From NCBI GenBank assembly GCA_013239625.1, contig MU053482.1:4787775-4851774 (forward strand): DNA of 64,000 nucleotides. The letters run 5' to 3'. The position numbers and the translations under genes were made by a program. The DNA is from Lama guanicoe. Its lineage: Eukaryota. Shown in pieces: positions 12,331 through 26,074 of this stretch. The stretch's first letter is position 1, and every line of letters starts with the position of its first letter. The notes under the pieces were generated by a model. The model was not told the DNA's origin. It did no database searches and saw nothing but the letters and a program-made list of their open reading frames with translations.

Positions 12331-15300
12331 GAGAATTGTTGAAACATCAGTCCGGACCAGCAAGGATTCTCCAGCTATGAATTCTCCAGGCATCTGAAAT
12401 ACCTTTCCCTGCAGAAATGTGTGTGTGGCTCATTTTCAGACAGTGTGTGTTTATTTTCTACATTTTGTGTCTCACACACCAGTGGAGGTGTTTATTGATG
12501 GGGCTAAGGCATCGGGTCAGGACAGACCATGCTGACAGTTCATATTTAAAATGTCTCAGAATTCTCTTGCCAAATAAGCTGATAGCAAACACCCTTGTGA
12601 GTTCATGTGTAGACTGTCTCTCCAGGGACTGTTTTGCATTCCAGAGAAAGCCACACAATAATTCTGTAGGAGCTGGGGATGTTGGGTAAGAAGGCTACAA
12701 AATATATATGGCTGTTTTTAAGGACAACATTTACAGTGCAAAAGTTATCGGAATGGATCATTTGCTATGAGGGTGAGCCAGAATCTTTCAAAAGCTCACC
12801 CCTTCAGAGTGGGAAGGGGAGTAGGGGAGAGAGCCCTCCAGGAACTCTGGCCTCTCCTCTCTAATGAACTCCTTGCTGAGGTCTGCCCCAGGAAATCCAT
12901 TCTGGAAATGGAGCTTTGAGCCTGACTTACCCTGCAGGGAGAGGAGGGGAGCAAAAACCCGGAGAGTGACCTTGGAGTCCAAGGCTTCTTGGTCTCGTAT
13001 CGCAGTCCATCTTTTGTGGCCTCTGGGTTTCATTTATTTATAAGGAAAGAGAAAATCCTTTCTGGGACAGTTGCTGTTTATTTTAGTGAATGTGTTTTTC
13101 AGAACATAACCCCAAAAGCTGAGAGAAGAGCCCAGCCTCTTCAATTCAGCCACCGCAAATGTATTACAGTGGGATGGCAGGAGACTGTCTCCCAAACCTC
13201 GATAGAAAATTCACCAGCTTGGTCACACCTTCTGTGTGGTCCTCTGTGGGGCTGCTGTCTGTTGGGGTGTGGGTCAGTGAGGGGCGTTTTGACCCACTGA
13301 ATGGGGAGTGGTCAAGGCAGTCACTGGTCCTGGGATGCTTGTCCCAGCATCTCTGAGCCCACAGGAACGTGGCCTTTGAGTGTCACCTGGAGAGCCAGGC
13401 GTCCTTCCCCTCAGAGCTCAGTGGCCTGCTCACACAGGCCCACATTGCCCTCAGTGTCAGCCTCACAGCCATTACCAACAGTGAAGTTCAGTCTGCCAAG
13501 CTAATAATCTGTTCAGAAGTGGGTTCAGCAGTTGAGTGTATTTTAGGGACTGGTTCTGCCCTTTCTTATCATAGAGGCCTTGCTGTATTTACTGTCTGAA
13601 ACCTTCAATGGTTTTATAGAGCTTTTGTGAAAATAGTTCATGGAGACTTCAGTTCCTCTGCACAATAAGGAAGTGGCCCAAACTGTCTTTGTCTCTCCCT
13701 TCTGCTCAGATGTCTGGACCGCCCCCTGGTAACAGCATATTTGATGTGGGCTGAGCGTCCCTTGTGTGGGTCCTGGTGAAGTGAAGAGAGCATTGCTCAG
13801 TGCTGTCTCACCCTGTCTGTCTCTGGCCTGCTCACTCCCTGGAGGCTGCATCTGAGAACTGTTAAGCTGTGTTCATTCGCACATTGCCTGGCACAAGGTG
13901 ACTGGTATCTATGGGATGAATATAGGAATGAATAAATTACCAGCAAGTAAACCCTCCCATTTTCAACAGAAGCAAAAGGGAGTGAAGGGCTCTCAGGCAG
14001 AGTTGCCTGGGTGTTGTCCACGATCCAGCATCCACTCCAGGGAAGATCTCTTTGGTCCTGGGCGCAAAGGGAATTAGAATTCCCATCTCCTGGCTGGGCC
14101 TGGAGGAAGGGCCGAAAGATCTTTGATCCATACCCCAAAATTCCGCCTCTCAAGACTATAAGCCCTGCTTTCAGGGCTTAAAACAAACATCCACACAAAC
14201 AAAGAACAATACCAGCAACAAAGCATGGGAACGCCAGCCCCAGTGAAAGCAGGGGAGAGCCCACCCCGCTGGCCACCCCAGCTTGCCCAGCCCACCCCTG
14301 CTTGGCTGAATGTCCCATCCTTGGACACGTCTCCCAAGAGCCTCCAGATGTGTGTCCTGGTTTTGTCAGGCTGCTTCTCTGCAGCACGGGGTTTTTCACA
14401 TTTAAATCACAGATCCCGGCTTCCCAAGTGTGTTGACATGTCAGTAGGTTTTGAACAGCCCATTAGGCTTTTCTGACTCAGGCGGGGCTCACCCGCCCAT
14501 GCAGGTGCACACACCTGCTCGTAAAGGCTGAATGCAGTTTACAGGCCCTTGTGTGGAGACTGGGGAAATGGGCGTGGCCAGCTGAACTGCCAGCTGGGTG
14601 AGCACCTTAATGGAAGAAACAGGCAAGCATCTCTCCTTCCCCTGCCCTGGGCACACCTGCACAGAGGCCAGCTGACTGCCCAGATCCAGGGAGGTATTAT
14701 TTACATTGCTAATAACATTAATGACAATGTAAACAACAAAGCATATGTAATTGCGTCTCAGGAAATCAATCCTGAAGTTAAAGGCCTATAATTCAAATGA
14801 AAAATTTTGGCAGTCTTTTAAGTGAACTCGAAAGGGGGTACAATGTAAGCTGTTCCATTCCTCCTGAAATAAATTCTTACCACTAAATGTTCATTCATTC
14901 AGCAAACATGTACTACCTACTAGGAGCAGACACCACACTGGCACCAAAATTACAAAGATAAAAGTCGGTTGACAATTCGTTAATGGGTGAATTAGTCCAA
15001 AAGGGACATAATACAAAAAGATGAATTATTGGAATCTAAAATATTGATTGAATGCCATTTGCATACTTGGAACTGAGCTGAGTACTGTGGGAAATAGAAC
15101 AGAAACAAAAGACATTGACCTTTTCCTTAAGAAGTTTATACACTAGTTGTCCAGACAAGATTAGTGCACAAAACTGTTGGGTTCAAGGCTAAATGAGCTG
15201 CTTAATGGCCAGCTCTGTGCCCCATAAGACCCCTGTATTATAACTGTCTCCCCACTAGATGGGAATTTCCCAGATACTGGGGAGACAGATTTAGTTCCCC

Positions 15301-15374
15301 TGGTATCCAGAGTGCCTAGCAAGACCCTGTACAGGGTAGGTTCTCAGTAAATGGCATGAGTGGAATTGAATGAG

Positions 15375-15537
15375 TTAGTGATTCTGGAACCTGGCTGGGC
15401 TGCAGAATTCCCTGAGGACTTAAAAACAGTTTTCCCCTTGGATCTTAGATTCTGTTTGGGAGAGGGCCCAGGAAGCTGTATTTTTGGATACTTCCTAGTG
15501 AATCTTTTGGTGTAGAATCAGGTTTAGTGACCTTTGG
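15375..15537. mobile_element. MER5-like hAT-Charlie MITE (degraded)
   Basis: gcagaattccctgaggacttaaaaac...gggcccaggaagctgtattttt...ttcctagtgaatct resembles the MER5 internal palindromic layout. Confidence 0.5.
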
Positions 15538-16679
15538 CATAGACTCTGGGAGTTTGAAGAAGGCATGGGAAAGAAAGGTCAGTGCTGGTTGGGGAAGTTT
15601 TTGTGCCTAAAAACTCTAGCTCATCCCTTAAGGTCCAGCTCTGGTGCCACTTCTTCTGTGAACTTCTCTCCAGGCTGTCAGTCCTTCTATCTCCCATCTC
15701 TGTGTCCACATGTCTTGGTACCCACCTCTTACCAATAATTGTTATTTAAAATTGATTCTGAGTAGACTGTGATGATAGCACATAGTAGGTTTTCAGTTAG
15801 TACTATGGGTCCTGACTTAGCTTCAGAGGATGGGTAAGATTTGAGCAGGGGTGGGAGGAGGAAGGCAGAGACTGGACATGGAGCATTCAAGGGGCCAGTC
15901 TGATGTGGCTACAGGGGAGCCCTAATGCCTTTGGGAGCTAAGCCTAACCAGGAAGAGGAGGCTGCCTGAAGGAGGCAGGGGAGTTTGGGCTTATACAGTG
16001 GGGTGCTGGGAGCCCTGAGGGCTTTAGGAAGAGGGTGGGTTGGTGCCAGCCAGCAAGGTGGGAAGATGAAGATGGGAAGTGGAGACTAGTTAGGAGGCTC
16101 CTGTGGTAATTCTGGTGGTGGTTAGAGTTACAGGGCTGTCATAGTTCAAATCACCGCATAGCCTAAATTTTGTGGTTGCTCTTGATTGGATTCTACCAAC
16201 AGGCAATGGTTACTGAGCATCTACCATTGCCAGAGGCACAGGTGCCAGCCCCCGGATGTGCACCCTCTAGCATCAGAGAGCTTGCAGTCCGGGGAGGCAG
16301 GCAGACCTGCAAGTGGTTCAATGTGCTGGTCTGTATGTGCCCATCACTGGCACCTCCACGAGTACATTGTGGGAAAAGGGGTGTGGCGAGGCCAAGGTAA
16401 GACTTCAAAGTACAGTGCAGCCAAAGAAACTCTAGTTGGCGTCACTGAGTTTCATCCTCATGGAACCCAGTGTGGCCAGGACTGTTATTATCTCCGTTTT
16501 ATGGACAAAGAGACTGAGGTTCAAAGAGGTTAGGTAACTCACCCAGGCTCACACACCTCGTAGGTGGTGGCTCAGGTTTGGAACACGTCTGTCTGACTCC
16601 AGAGTCCACACTGGGACCTCTGACACTCTGTTGCCTCTGATGTTTCAGCCCTAAAGCTGGCTGGGTTTTCACCAAGTAA

Positions 16680-17720
16680 ACAGCATCTCGACAGGCTTTC
16701 TACATGGAGGGACCAGCGTAAGCAAAGGCACAGGGAGGGAAGCCAGGAAGAGCTGGGTTTGTCAGGGAACTGCAGAGGGCTCAGTAAGTCTAGAGTCTTG
16801 GGGAAGGGGTGAGGGGCAGGCTGGAAAGCAGGCAAGGGGCAAATCATGAAGGTGGTTTTTGATTTGCTCTGCTAAGATGTTTGGATCTCATCCTGAAGAT
16901 GGTCAGGGAGCTGCTGAAGGATTTGAAATAGAACAAAACCTGACCAAGTGTGCGTTTCTGGTGGAAATATCTCTCTGGCAGCAGCTGGAGAGAAAGGCTG
17001 GTGTACTGGAGGGAGGACACAGGAAAGGCATTGAGGAGGAGAATTCGAGAGTTGATGTGAGAGCAGGGAGGATGGACGGGAGGCAGTGGTTAAGGCTATT
17101 GAGGACCTAGTGCTTGGTGATTGGCTGGCTCCTCCAGATGAGGGGAAGAGGGCAGAGAAGGTGACTCCAAGGGTTTGGCGTGTCTGGCCATAGATGGTGC
17201 TGGTCACTGAGGTTAGGGAGGCAGGGGACGTGAGGGCAGAAGGTAAACTGCCTACACGTGAGGTCTCTGTAAGAGAGCTGGGGAAAGCGTGTAATTGGCA
17301 GTTGAATACAGGCCTGGATTGGAATGCAGCAGGGAGGTTCAAGACAGAGGGATAAGCCTGATGGGTCATCGGGACATAGATATTGGTTGAACTGTGGGAG
17401 TGTTGAGGTCCTTGAGAATGAGAGGAGGGTGAAGATCAGAACCTTGGAAAATTTCAGGGGCATTTAGAGAGAGGTATCTGCACGGACTGAAAATAGGAAA
17501 GACCATGAGAAAGATAAGTTCTGATAAGTGACAGTTGGTTTTAGCAACAGAGTTGGTGGTGACCTTGGGCATAGTGCCTGGGGTGGGCTAGGTGTGTGGG
17601 TGGGAACAAGACTGTGGTGGATTGGAGAGTGAGTGGAGGTTGGAGGTGAAGAAGTGGACATTGCCAGGCTAGACTCTTCTATTGGGCATCTAGACTGTGG
17701 AGGAAAGGAGGGAGGGTACC
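16680..17720 (-). mobile_element. L2 LINE fragment (~1 kb)
   Basis: Purine-rich reverse L2 body (ggatctcatcctgaag...gtgactccaagggtttgg...gaccttgg...gaagaagtggaca). Confidence 0.7.
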
Positions 17721-19124
17721 ATTTTATTTTGTCCACTAAGAACAAATATAATTCTAACTGTGGTTGCATTTGTGCACATTTTTGAGACTGACTTCACATT
17801 GATAAATTCACACATCAGAAAAAGAAAAACTTTCATTGGGCAATGAAGTCTTCTTCTGTGGCTTGAAAAACGCAGTCACTTGGCACAATTCTTCAGAATG
17901 GGGGGGGGAGCTTTGGAAGGCCGACTCCATGAGACATGACTGGGCTGTGAGCCTCTGGGGCAGGGACTGCTCTGCAGTCATCCTGGGCTCCTGGGTGCAG
18001 TGTGTGTGTGAGACTTCATAGATGCTCATTAAATGTCAACGATTATTATGTTCCCAGGGATTGAACCCTCATTCATTCATTTAGCACATACTGTACAGAG
18101 AGGGCCTTGTGCTAGGAACTGGGAATAGGGAAGTAAAAAATTAATTTCAGCATGGAAGAACTTACTATAACTGAGATGAGGACAGGATACCCTGGGAGGG
18201 AGCCAATCCATTTTGGAAAGGGGTCAGGGTTAGGGAGGTGGAGAGTGTCTAGAAAGGAGCCTGGAAGGAAGACTGGGAGTTAGTGGAGTGAGGATTTGTT
18301 CACATCCACGTGCTTTTCCTAAGAACAGTACCTGTGGTGTATGTGTGAGGCTTACTGTTTCTGCAAGTGAGGAGGCTTCTTTGCCTTGCAACAGGAGTCT
18401 CCCAGCATCAAAAGGATTCATACCCAGTGTCTCTGAAATTGATGTTAGTCAATGAAAAATATGCCAAGCTCTGACTTTGAGGGGCAGAAGTCTCATCTAA
18501 TTACACGGCCAGTGTTTCCCCTCATTTGAGCCTGATGCCATGTCCAACAGCCCTGGGCTGATCGGGACCTGCCCTCGGGGAGCTTTTAGGAAATCTGTGC
18601 ACTGCAGGGAAGAATGCTCCCTGCTTTCAAGGAACTGCAGTCTGCTGGCTGCATTGTACAGGGACCGTCAGAATACAGGAGTGTTCTCCCCAGGCAGTGG
18701 ATGGTAGGCCCTGGGAGCTAAGACCAGGGAGCCTGTACCCAACCTTCCCTGCCATGTTGAAGCAGTTTTTACAGGTGCCAGGTAGGGGAGGAACAGCATT
18801 GGTGGGGTTGCCTGGAGAAATGAGAACAAGAAATGTAAATTTGGAATTTGTCAGGGTGGATCTTCTAAGGCTTCCTGGAGTCAAATGAGATTTGGAAGGA
18901 AGACTGAGAGAAGCCTAGATGACTTACAGAAAAAAAATAAGAAATTAGGCCATTGAGCCAAATAAAAAAAACAGCAAGATTCTTTCACTATTTATTTTGC
19001 TTATTACATTTTAACTCGACCGCATTTTAGAAAATTAGCTTCATTGTTAATTAGGCCACAAACTCTATAGCCTGGCCTTGGATAGCTTCCACTATATAGG
19101 ATGGGGATAGTTGTGTTTTGAATG

Positions 19125-19362
19125 TATTTATTTATCTTTTTGTGAGAAAATATACATGACAAAATTTACCAATTTAACCATTTTTAAATGTTAGAATTCA
19201 GTGGCATTCACGTTGTTGTGCAACCATCACCACCATCCATCTCCAGAACTTTTTCATCACCCCAAACTGATACTCTGTCCCCATTAAACATGTCCTCCCT
19301 CAGCTCCAGGTAACCAGCCTTCTACTATTTGTCTCTATGAATTTGCTTATTCTAAGTACCTC
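19125..19362 (-). mobile_element. L1MB-like 3'UTR fragment
   Basis: aaaatttaccaatttaaccatttttaaatg...gtggcattcacgttgttgtgcaaccatcaccaccatccatctccagaactttttcatcacccc, a typical reverse L1MB 3' end. Confidence 0.85.
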
Positions 19363-20764
19363 CCACCGTTGGTTGTGAGATAGGCGGGCCTCCTAGAAAC
19401 TGAAGTTTAGAATTCACGGTTCTGCCTGGCACCCACTGTGTGATGAAAGTGGTCCGGGTTGTGTACAGAATAGGCTGCTGAATTTTTGTTGGTAACATGT
19501 GCTTGGTGTGTGTGCGGAGATGTATATTATTTTGGGAACTCCTGCCCTTTGACCAGGTACGCAGATTTCTTTCTTGTGGGGTTGACTGGCAAGGGGACTG
19601 GGACACAGCTGAGTTTGGATCAGAGGCTCTTCTGGTCTTCCCCATTCCCCGGCACAGCTTTCTGGAAAGGGACCTGCCTCACTGGACTTGAAGTTCCCTG
19701 GTCCAGAGAGCAGAGGTATGGGAGGAATGCAGCCTTTGGGGAGCATCTTGCCCCTTACCTGTTGGAATGTAAGCCATTAAATTTAATTCATTAAGTTAGC
19801 AGCATCAAGGCTTCTTACAGAATGGCCCTTTCTTTTCTGGAGAAAAAGGCACTGCTGGTGTGGCTGGAGCAGTGCAGGCTGAGGAAGAGAGGAAACACGA
19901 GACCAAGCTAGTCTCGTCAGGGCAAGAAGACTCCGCGCTTGGAGTGCGTACATAGGAGGGAGTTATAAAATCATGCATGCTTCCAGTAGAAAATCTGGGA
20001 AATATGGAAGAGTATTACGCTACAAATAAATCATCTGAAATAGGACACACACACAAACACACGACCACTGTTCACGTTTGGCTTGTTTCCTTTCTCCTCT
20101 AGGTATTAGTCTAAGGAATAGGAGTCATACTGAGTACCTGAATTTGTAGCCTGCTCTTTTCAGTCTGATTTATGGCAGAAGCCTTTTCCAAGGATTAAAT
20201 GTCTTGATAAATATTATTTTAAAAGGACTGCCTAATACTTTATTGTTTGGTTGTACCGTGACTTTTGAAGCCACACCCTGTAGTTGACATCTGTATGCTC
20301 TCGGAGCCTGAAGGAACTTCAGAGTATAACCCACTTAGTTTATACAGTGGCTTCAGAAAAGGCGAGGGATATTATTTCCACCTACATGGCTCATATTAGT
20401 CTGTGGCTAAGAGTGTGGGTTTTGAAGTGAGATGAAACTGGGCTTGTTTCACTGCATGGCTGCTCAATAACCTTGGCATAGGGAAGGGGTTACCAGTGCC
20501 TGTGAATCTGCCTCCTCGTCTGTCAGACAAGGATGGTTAAGTGAGACCATGGATGTAAAGGGTCTGGGACAGGGGCTGCTACCCTGTGAGCAGCTGAGCA
20601 GTGCGGTTGGTGCTTTTCTGATGAGGCTCAGTTTCCTCGTGCCCAGGCCAGAGTTCTGACACACTCAGAGGCTTTACTTCTCCTAGAAGGTTCTTAGAGG
20701 TGGGCCTAGCAGTACAGAGATGAGGGGCACTGGCCAGAAATCATTATGGAAAAAATTTTAAATT

Positions 20765-20925
20765 TGTATGTGTTTGTGTCTGTACATTGCAAACACTCAT
20801 GCATGTGTGTATATATACACACACACACGCATATATGCGGCACATATACACCCAGGCATATATACATACATTTATATACATACACACATATATATGCCTA
20901 CATGAACATAAACACATACACATAG
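20765..20925. repeat. Compound degenerate (TA/CA/TG)n low-complexity repeat
   Basis: Near-continuous alternating purine-pyrimidine tract gtgtgtatatatacacacacacacgcatatatgc...acatacacacatatatatgc. Confidence 0.85.
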
Positions 20926-23349
20926 CAACCACATGTGGCAAATTTATACTTGCATTACAGCAAAGTGAGATGAGCAAGTTCTGGAATTGCTCCTCCAACC
21001 CCAAAGTCCTTGCTTATTACAGAGTAGGAACAGAAAGAGAATGAATCACTGTACCCCATAGACTTGTTGTGAGGACTTCTCAGGGTAATGTAGGTGAACG
21101 AACCGAGCCTGCAGTGGGCATCTGATGATGTTGGCCTCCTTCCTGGCACTGTGACTGGTCAGCATACAGGTCTCTGACTCATGGGGTGAGGGTGGGGGGA
21201 GGGCAACCTCAGGTCGTTCTGGGATCTGTTACTGTGAGTGATTCCACAAGAAAATGGATGGAGGTAAGGATGTGGGAATGTGTGAGGTCATTTCAAGCCA
21301 GGGCAGTGGAGTCAACTTGCTATTGAAATAGAGTGAGGAGAAAGCTGGGGATGGAAGGGCAGGACCACAGGACCTTGGACTCTCCAAGGAGGAGCCACAT
21401 GGAAGGCCAGGGACTGCAGTGGACTTCGAGCCTCTTTCCTGAGCTTCACGCCTTGGGGCATCAGAGGCAGAGGGCAGTGTCCAGGCCCTGCTGCAGGCTG
21501 GGAACTTGGTTGGGCTTTCACAGCACGGCTCTTGAATGAGTTTTTGTTAGCCTTTCCAGGGAGGGCTCCGGATGGTGTGTGGAAGAAGGCTGCGTGTGTG
21601 GGTTCAGCCTGCATGGAAGGGACTTTGACTTCCTGTGGGTGATCTCAAGGCCTAAAATCAGGAGCTGGGAGAACCCTTTGGAGAGATAGCATTGATCTCC
21701 CTGGAGAATGACTAACAGGAGTCATCTCATGGAGGCTCTGTTCCAGTCAGTGGAAGCAGGGACGGGACAGGCTGCCCTAGAAGGTGGTGTGTGCTCCACT
21801 CTGGAAGGTGACCGAGGGGAGGCTGGGGACCCCAGGCTGGAAGGAGATTACAGGGAGGACGAGGGGGCCCTTCCAGCCCTGTCCCAACCCTGGGAGTTGC
21901 TCCTTTAGATTCAGTTGGGTACCACGTGCCAACCTGATGGAAAGCCAGGCCTTCCTGGGCCAGGTAAGAAGATGACGTCTGCACACATCACCTGAGAACT
22001 AGGTGTTCTGTCCGTGCTGGGCTCTGCATTTCCCACTGCCTTGGACCTGGCTGGCTCCTGCCACAACTCAGGTGTTGGATCCAAGTAGCCACGACTGAGA
22101 TTCTTCTGTGTGCAAGGTGCAGAGCTATGGGGTTTAGCCTTTCCAACACCCTGTGAGTGCATAGGGGTGAAGACCCCCATTTCACTGCCAAGGAAACTGA
22201 GTCCTGCCCCATGGCCCCTTGGGGAGGTAAACCTGAGAGATGGTAAGTTTGAATGGGGGGCTTGGCAGTGGAAATGGTGAGAGGATTTGGTTTGTTGATT
22301 GTGTTTATCTTGAAACACGTCCTGTCTGTGAGCCTTGAGGATGGGGTTGAGGGCTGTGCTTTCCTCAGGCAGCTTGGAGGGAAGGTTCTGCCCAGGGTCC
22401 TTCCCAGCCCTCCTTAAGTTTTTATTGAACTCCATCTTTTATCCACTGCCCTGTCACACTGTTTGATGCCATTTAGCAGGTGACAAGGCCCAGGGAAGGC
22501 AAAGGTGTGGGAGTCCCAAATGTGAGGGCATCAGAAACTCTTGGGTCAGGAGGCTCACCTGTCATTTTGAGAGCTACTCAGGACTCTGCGTGAACCTTGA
22601 ACTTGTCTCCCAGATGTCATAGGCCGAGTCCATTACCAAAGCTGACAATCTGAGGCCCTGAGTTAATTTGTAGCAGCCAGAGGCAGGGAAAGGGAATTGC
22701 TTTGTGACTCATAAAGTCACATAGGCAGAACCACAAATAAGGGACTCCAACTGGCAAAAACCAAATTGCTTCAAGGCTATTCTTGGAAATGAAAGCATCA
22801 CATCTTGTTTCTTCCCAGAAAATGCAGAAACCTTTCATATTTCTGGGTAGTTGGTTTTATTTATATTTCATATCAAACTCTAAAAAGGGAACAGCCGGGT
22901 GATGGTTGACAAGGAAGACTAACAAGAGCTGTTACCCAGGATCCTCTTGTTTAACTAACCTTTGACCTTCTTTTGGGGAAAGAGAGGGGTATCTAGCAAA
23001 ATATTACATTGCAGTTCCTGGAAGCCCAGACTCAGACTCATGGTGTCCTTCTCAGTCAGCCTTTCTAGTTCATTCACAAAACTACCTTGTACCACAGATG
23101 TTTTCAGTTTATTACCCAGACTTTCTCGAATGAGGTCCCTCACTTTATATATGGGGAGCTTAAACTCAGAAGTTGAGCAAGTTGTCCAAGGCTACACAGC
23201 TAGGAAGTGGATTTGAACATACATCTCCCAAATTGAAAGCCCACAGCCTCTAATTTTAAAGCATACATAATTCCTTGACTGGGAAGCTAGTTCCAGTGGT
23301 CATCAATTGTGTTCCTTTTTCTCTTCCTTTTGGTCTAATGATGCTTGAG

Positions 23350-23590
23350 CCATTTGATGAATAGTAGTGAGTGCTGATTATCACGTAGTCTCCATGTGCT
23401 AAATACATCACACACGTGACTGAATATACTCCTTCCCAACCTAGGAAGTGAGTGCTTGTATCCCCAATTAACAGATGAGAAAACAGGCTGAGATAGACTA
23501 GACAATGTGCCTAGCATCACACAGCCAGCAAGGCCGTGAGACCAGATTCACACCCGAGTTGGCCAGGCTCTAAAAATTCGAATGCTCTTC
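23350..23590 (-). mobile_element. MIR SINE
   Basis: tatccccaattaacagatgagaaaacaggctgaga, the MIR core in reverse. Confidence 0.7.
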
Positions 23591-26040
23591 TGTGAGGAAA
23601 CCTAACAGCGTGGGTGTTAGAGTCATCTCTAAGGTCTTCAGCTTAAATTGGAAAGCAGTTCTAAAGGTTGCAACTAGACCCCTCCGGTGCAGGGAGGCAG
23701 GGCTGAGCCTGGTACGGGCTGCTGGGGCACGGGCCCAGCCAGAGCTTATCTTCTCCTGTCCGGCCATCTCCCTCCACCTCCCCTCCTCTCACTCCAGATA
23801 AGAGCTAGCTCCTGGAGCTCCCACGCCCACCCAGTGCCCTCAGCACCACTTTGGCTCTTTCCCCTGGAGTCCTAAAATTAAGTTGTTCATTTTTCATTTG
23901 GAGGAGGATGGGAGGTAGCTGGGGTTGGGAGGAGACAGGTTCTTCTGGTTTGTAAATTATTCTCTGAGAGTCAGGTCTGGCTTGATACCCCAGAACAGTT
24001 CACCATTTTATATAGGGAGGAGTTGGTGACTTAAAGAATTGATTTATGAAACTCTTTTTCAAACTGGTGCATTCCCCAGATTCAGATCTGCCCCAGGTGA
24101 TGGCTTCAGCATGCATTTCCATGTCTGCTCAGTGCCTCGTAGGGCCAGGCTCTGCCATCACTTGTGTGTCTTTCCTTCCACAGCAACTCTGCAAGGTGCG
24201 GACTATTGTCCGTCCCTTACAAAAGGAGAAACTTGAGACTAGGGCTTCTGTGGCCCGTGTGAGGCCACGCGGGCAGGGAGGCGTCAAGCTGAGCTCTGGA
24301 CGCAGGCTTCAAGAGCCATCAGCACCTGTGGCTTTCTCTGAACTACCTGCCCGTCCCTGGAAAGGCCTGCAGGGTGCCAGTGGGACTCAAGTAGCTTTGT
24401 AGTCATCCATCAGCCCCTGCATCCCTTGTTCAATCCCAGGCAGAGAAATGGTTCCAAAGCTAAAGGTTGAGGATGTTAACACACCCTGAAAAGCAAACTC
24501 CTCTTGTTCTATGTTTATGCTCCCTGGGTGGTGAGCCCCACACATGGGGAACATGGAGACACAGTAGGAGGCAGTGTTTATGTGAGCGATGCCAAAGTGA
24601 GCGCTGCAGACGTTAAAGGCGCCGAGAGAGCATGCGTGAGCGAATCGGGGTCTTATCAGTGCCAGGCAAGGCACAGAGCCAGCTCCGAACCTGTTGAGTT
24701 GAGGGACCAGTGCAGCCAGCTAAGTTCTCATGGAGGATGGAGGCCTGGCTGCAGTGTGGAGCTTGGCTGGGCCTGGACCAGGGAATGTGCTATTTCTCCT
24801 TCAACTGAGCCAGGCCCACTGGAAGCTCTTGGGGAAAGACAGATGGGAGGGAGGGTCCTATATTGTAGCCCATGCCATCTCATCCCTCGGTTTCTGGGTG
24901 TCTGGTGTCTGGACAGCTTGTCTGCCCCGAGCAGGCCGCCCCGAGCAGGTGGTGCCCCAGCAGCAGCTTTATAACATACACGTGTGTGCTTTTCTCTTTC
25001 CCCGCCCTCCCGGCTTCTTTCCTCATTGCTGCCTCCTTCTCCAGTCTACCTCTGCCCACTTGTCTTCCCAAAGTTTTGTCTCACCCTGCTGCTCTGTCTC
25101 CTGCTCCCCACGGCCCACTAGAGAAGCCAGGCCCCCTCCGCAGTCTGCCCTGGATGCCCCACCACACCTTGTCACAAGTCCTAAACTCCTGACACCTTGA
25201 CCTTGCTGTCCTTTTGCAGCTCTACTGGCTCTTTCCAGACTTATGCCTTCATATGGTCTCTTCCCCCATCTTCTAGTAAAATCTACTCTGTTCCTAAGAT
25301 TGTAGCATTTTGGCATTTCCTTCTTGTGGCTCCTCTGGACTCGTCCAGGCTCTGTTAAACACCTCCTTCTCTAGGCTTCTACGTGCTGTGTTCATTTTTA
25401 TACGTGCTTGCCTGTTGTCTTGTAATCAGCTCTTTATTGGCCTGACTTCCTCGCCAGGCCCCATCTCTGTATCCCCAGCATCTGGGGTAATGCGTGGCCC
25501 TCGCTAAGGCACCAGCAGTTGTTGCTGAATGAATGAGTAAAGGATTAAGGAAGAAGATAAAGACAATTTTCTGTTTTTAGTCTTATAAGGCCAGCCTTGC
25601 AATCCCCAAATGCACCCATAATAACATTTCTGTCTGGAGAGTCAGAAGCTGCCTAGCCCAAGGGCCTGGTCTCTGTTTGCTGACCTCCTCCTGCCAGGCT
25701 GCCGTGTGGGAGAACTTGGTATGCCATATCCTCTTGTTTACAGACCCCCCCAAGCCCTCTGGCAGCTGGGCCAGCCCCAGCTCCTCCATGCTTGTCTTCT
25801 TGCACTTGCTTTGGAGTCTGGAAAAATAACTAGTGCTTTGGAAAATCAACTCTAATTTATTTTTGTTCCTTTGAAACTTAAATGACTTTCCTAAGAAAAT
25901 GCCTGAGGTTAGAGTGGTGCAGAGAGAAAGGACGATGGCCAGAACCCAGGGGAGCTATTTTTGTGATGTGAATGAACCTCCATCGCATTTTTCCTTCCTT
26001 TGACCTAAGCACTTGTTTCCAAATAGCTCTCAGCTTGCAG

Positions 26041-26074
26041 GACCTCATGGCGCAATGGTAGCGCGTCTGACTCC
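26041..26074 (+). pseudogene. 5' half of tRNA-Trp(CCA), tailless retropseudogene with target-site duplications
   Basis: gacctcatggcgcaatggtagcgcgtctgactcc matches the 5' end of vertebrate tRNA-Trp(CCA) as recalled (GACCTCGTGGCGCAAYGGTAGCGCGTCTGACTCC...) with one CpG-type change and stops in the anticodon. Flanked by aaatagctctcagcttg (26021-26037) and gaatagctcccagcttg (26075-26091). Confidence 0.9.

Noticed and set aside
26041..26074. Functional tRNA-Trp gene, tRNA-derived SINE or retroviral primer-binding site
   Set aside because: The 3' half, B box and terminator are absent and there is no SINE body or tail. A PBS matches the tRNA 3' end, not the 5' half, and there is no adjacent LTR.
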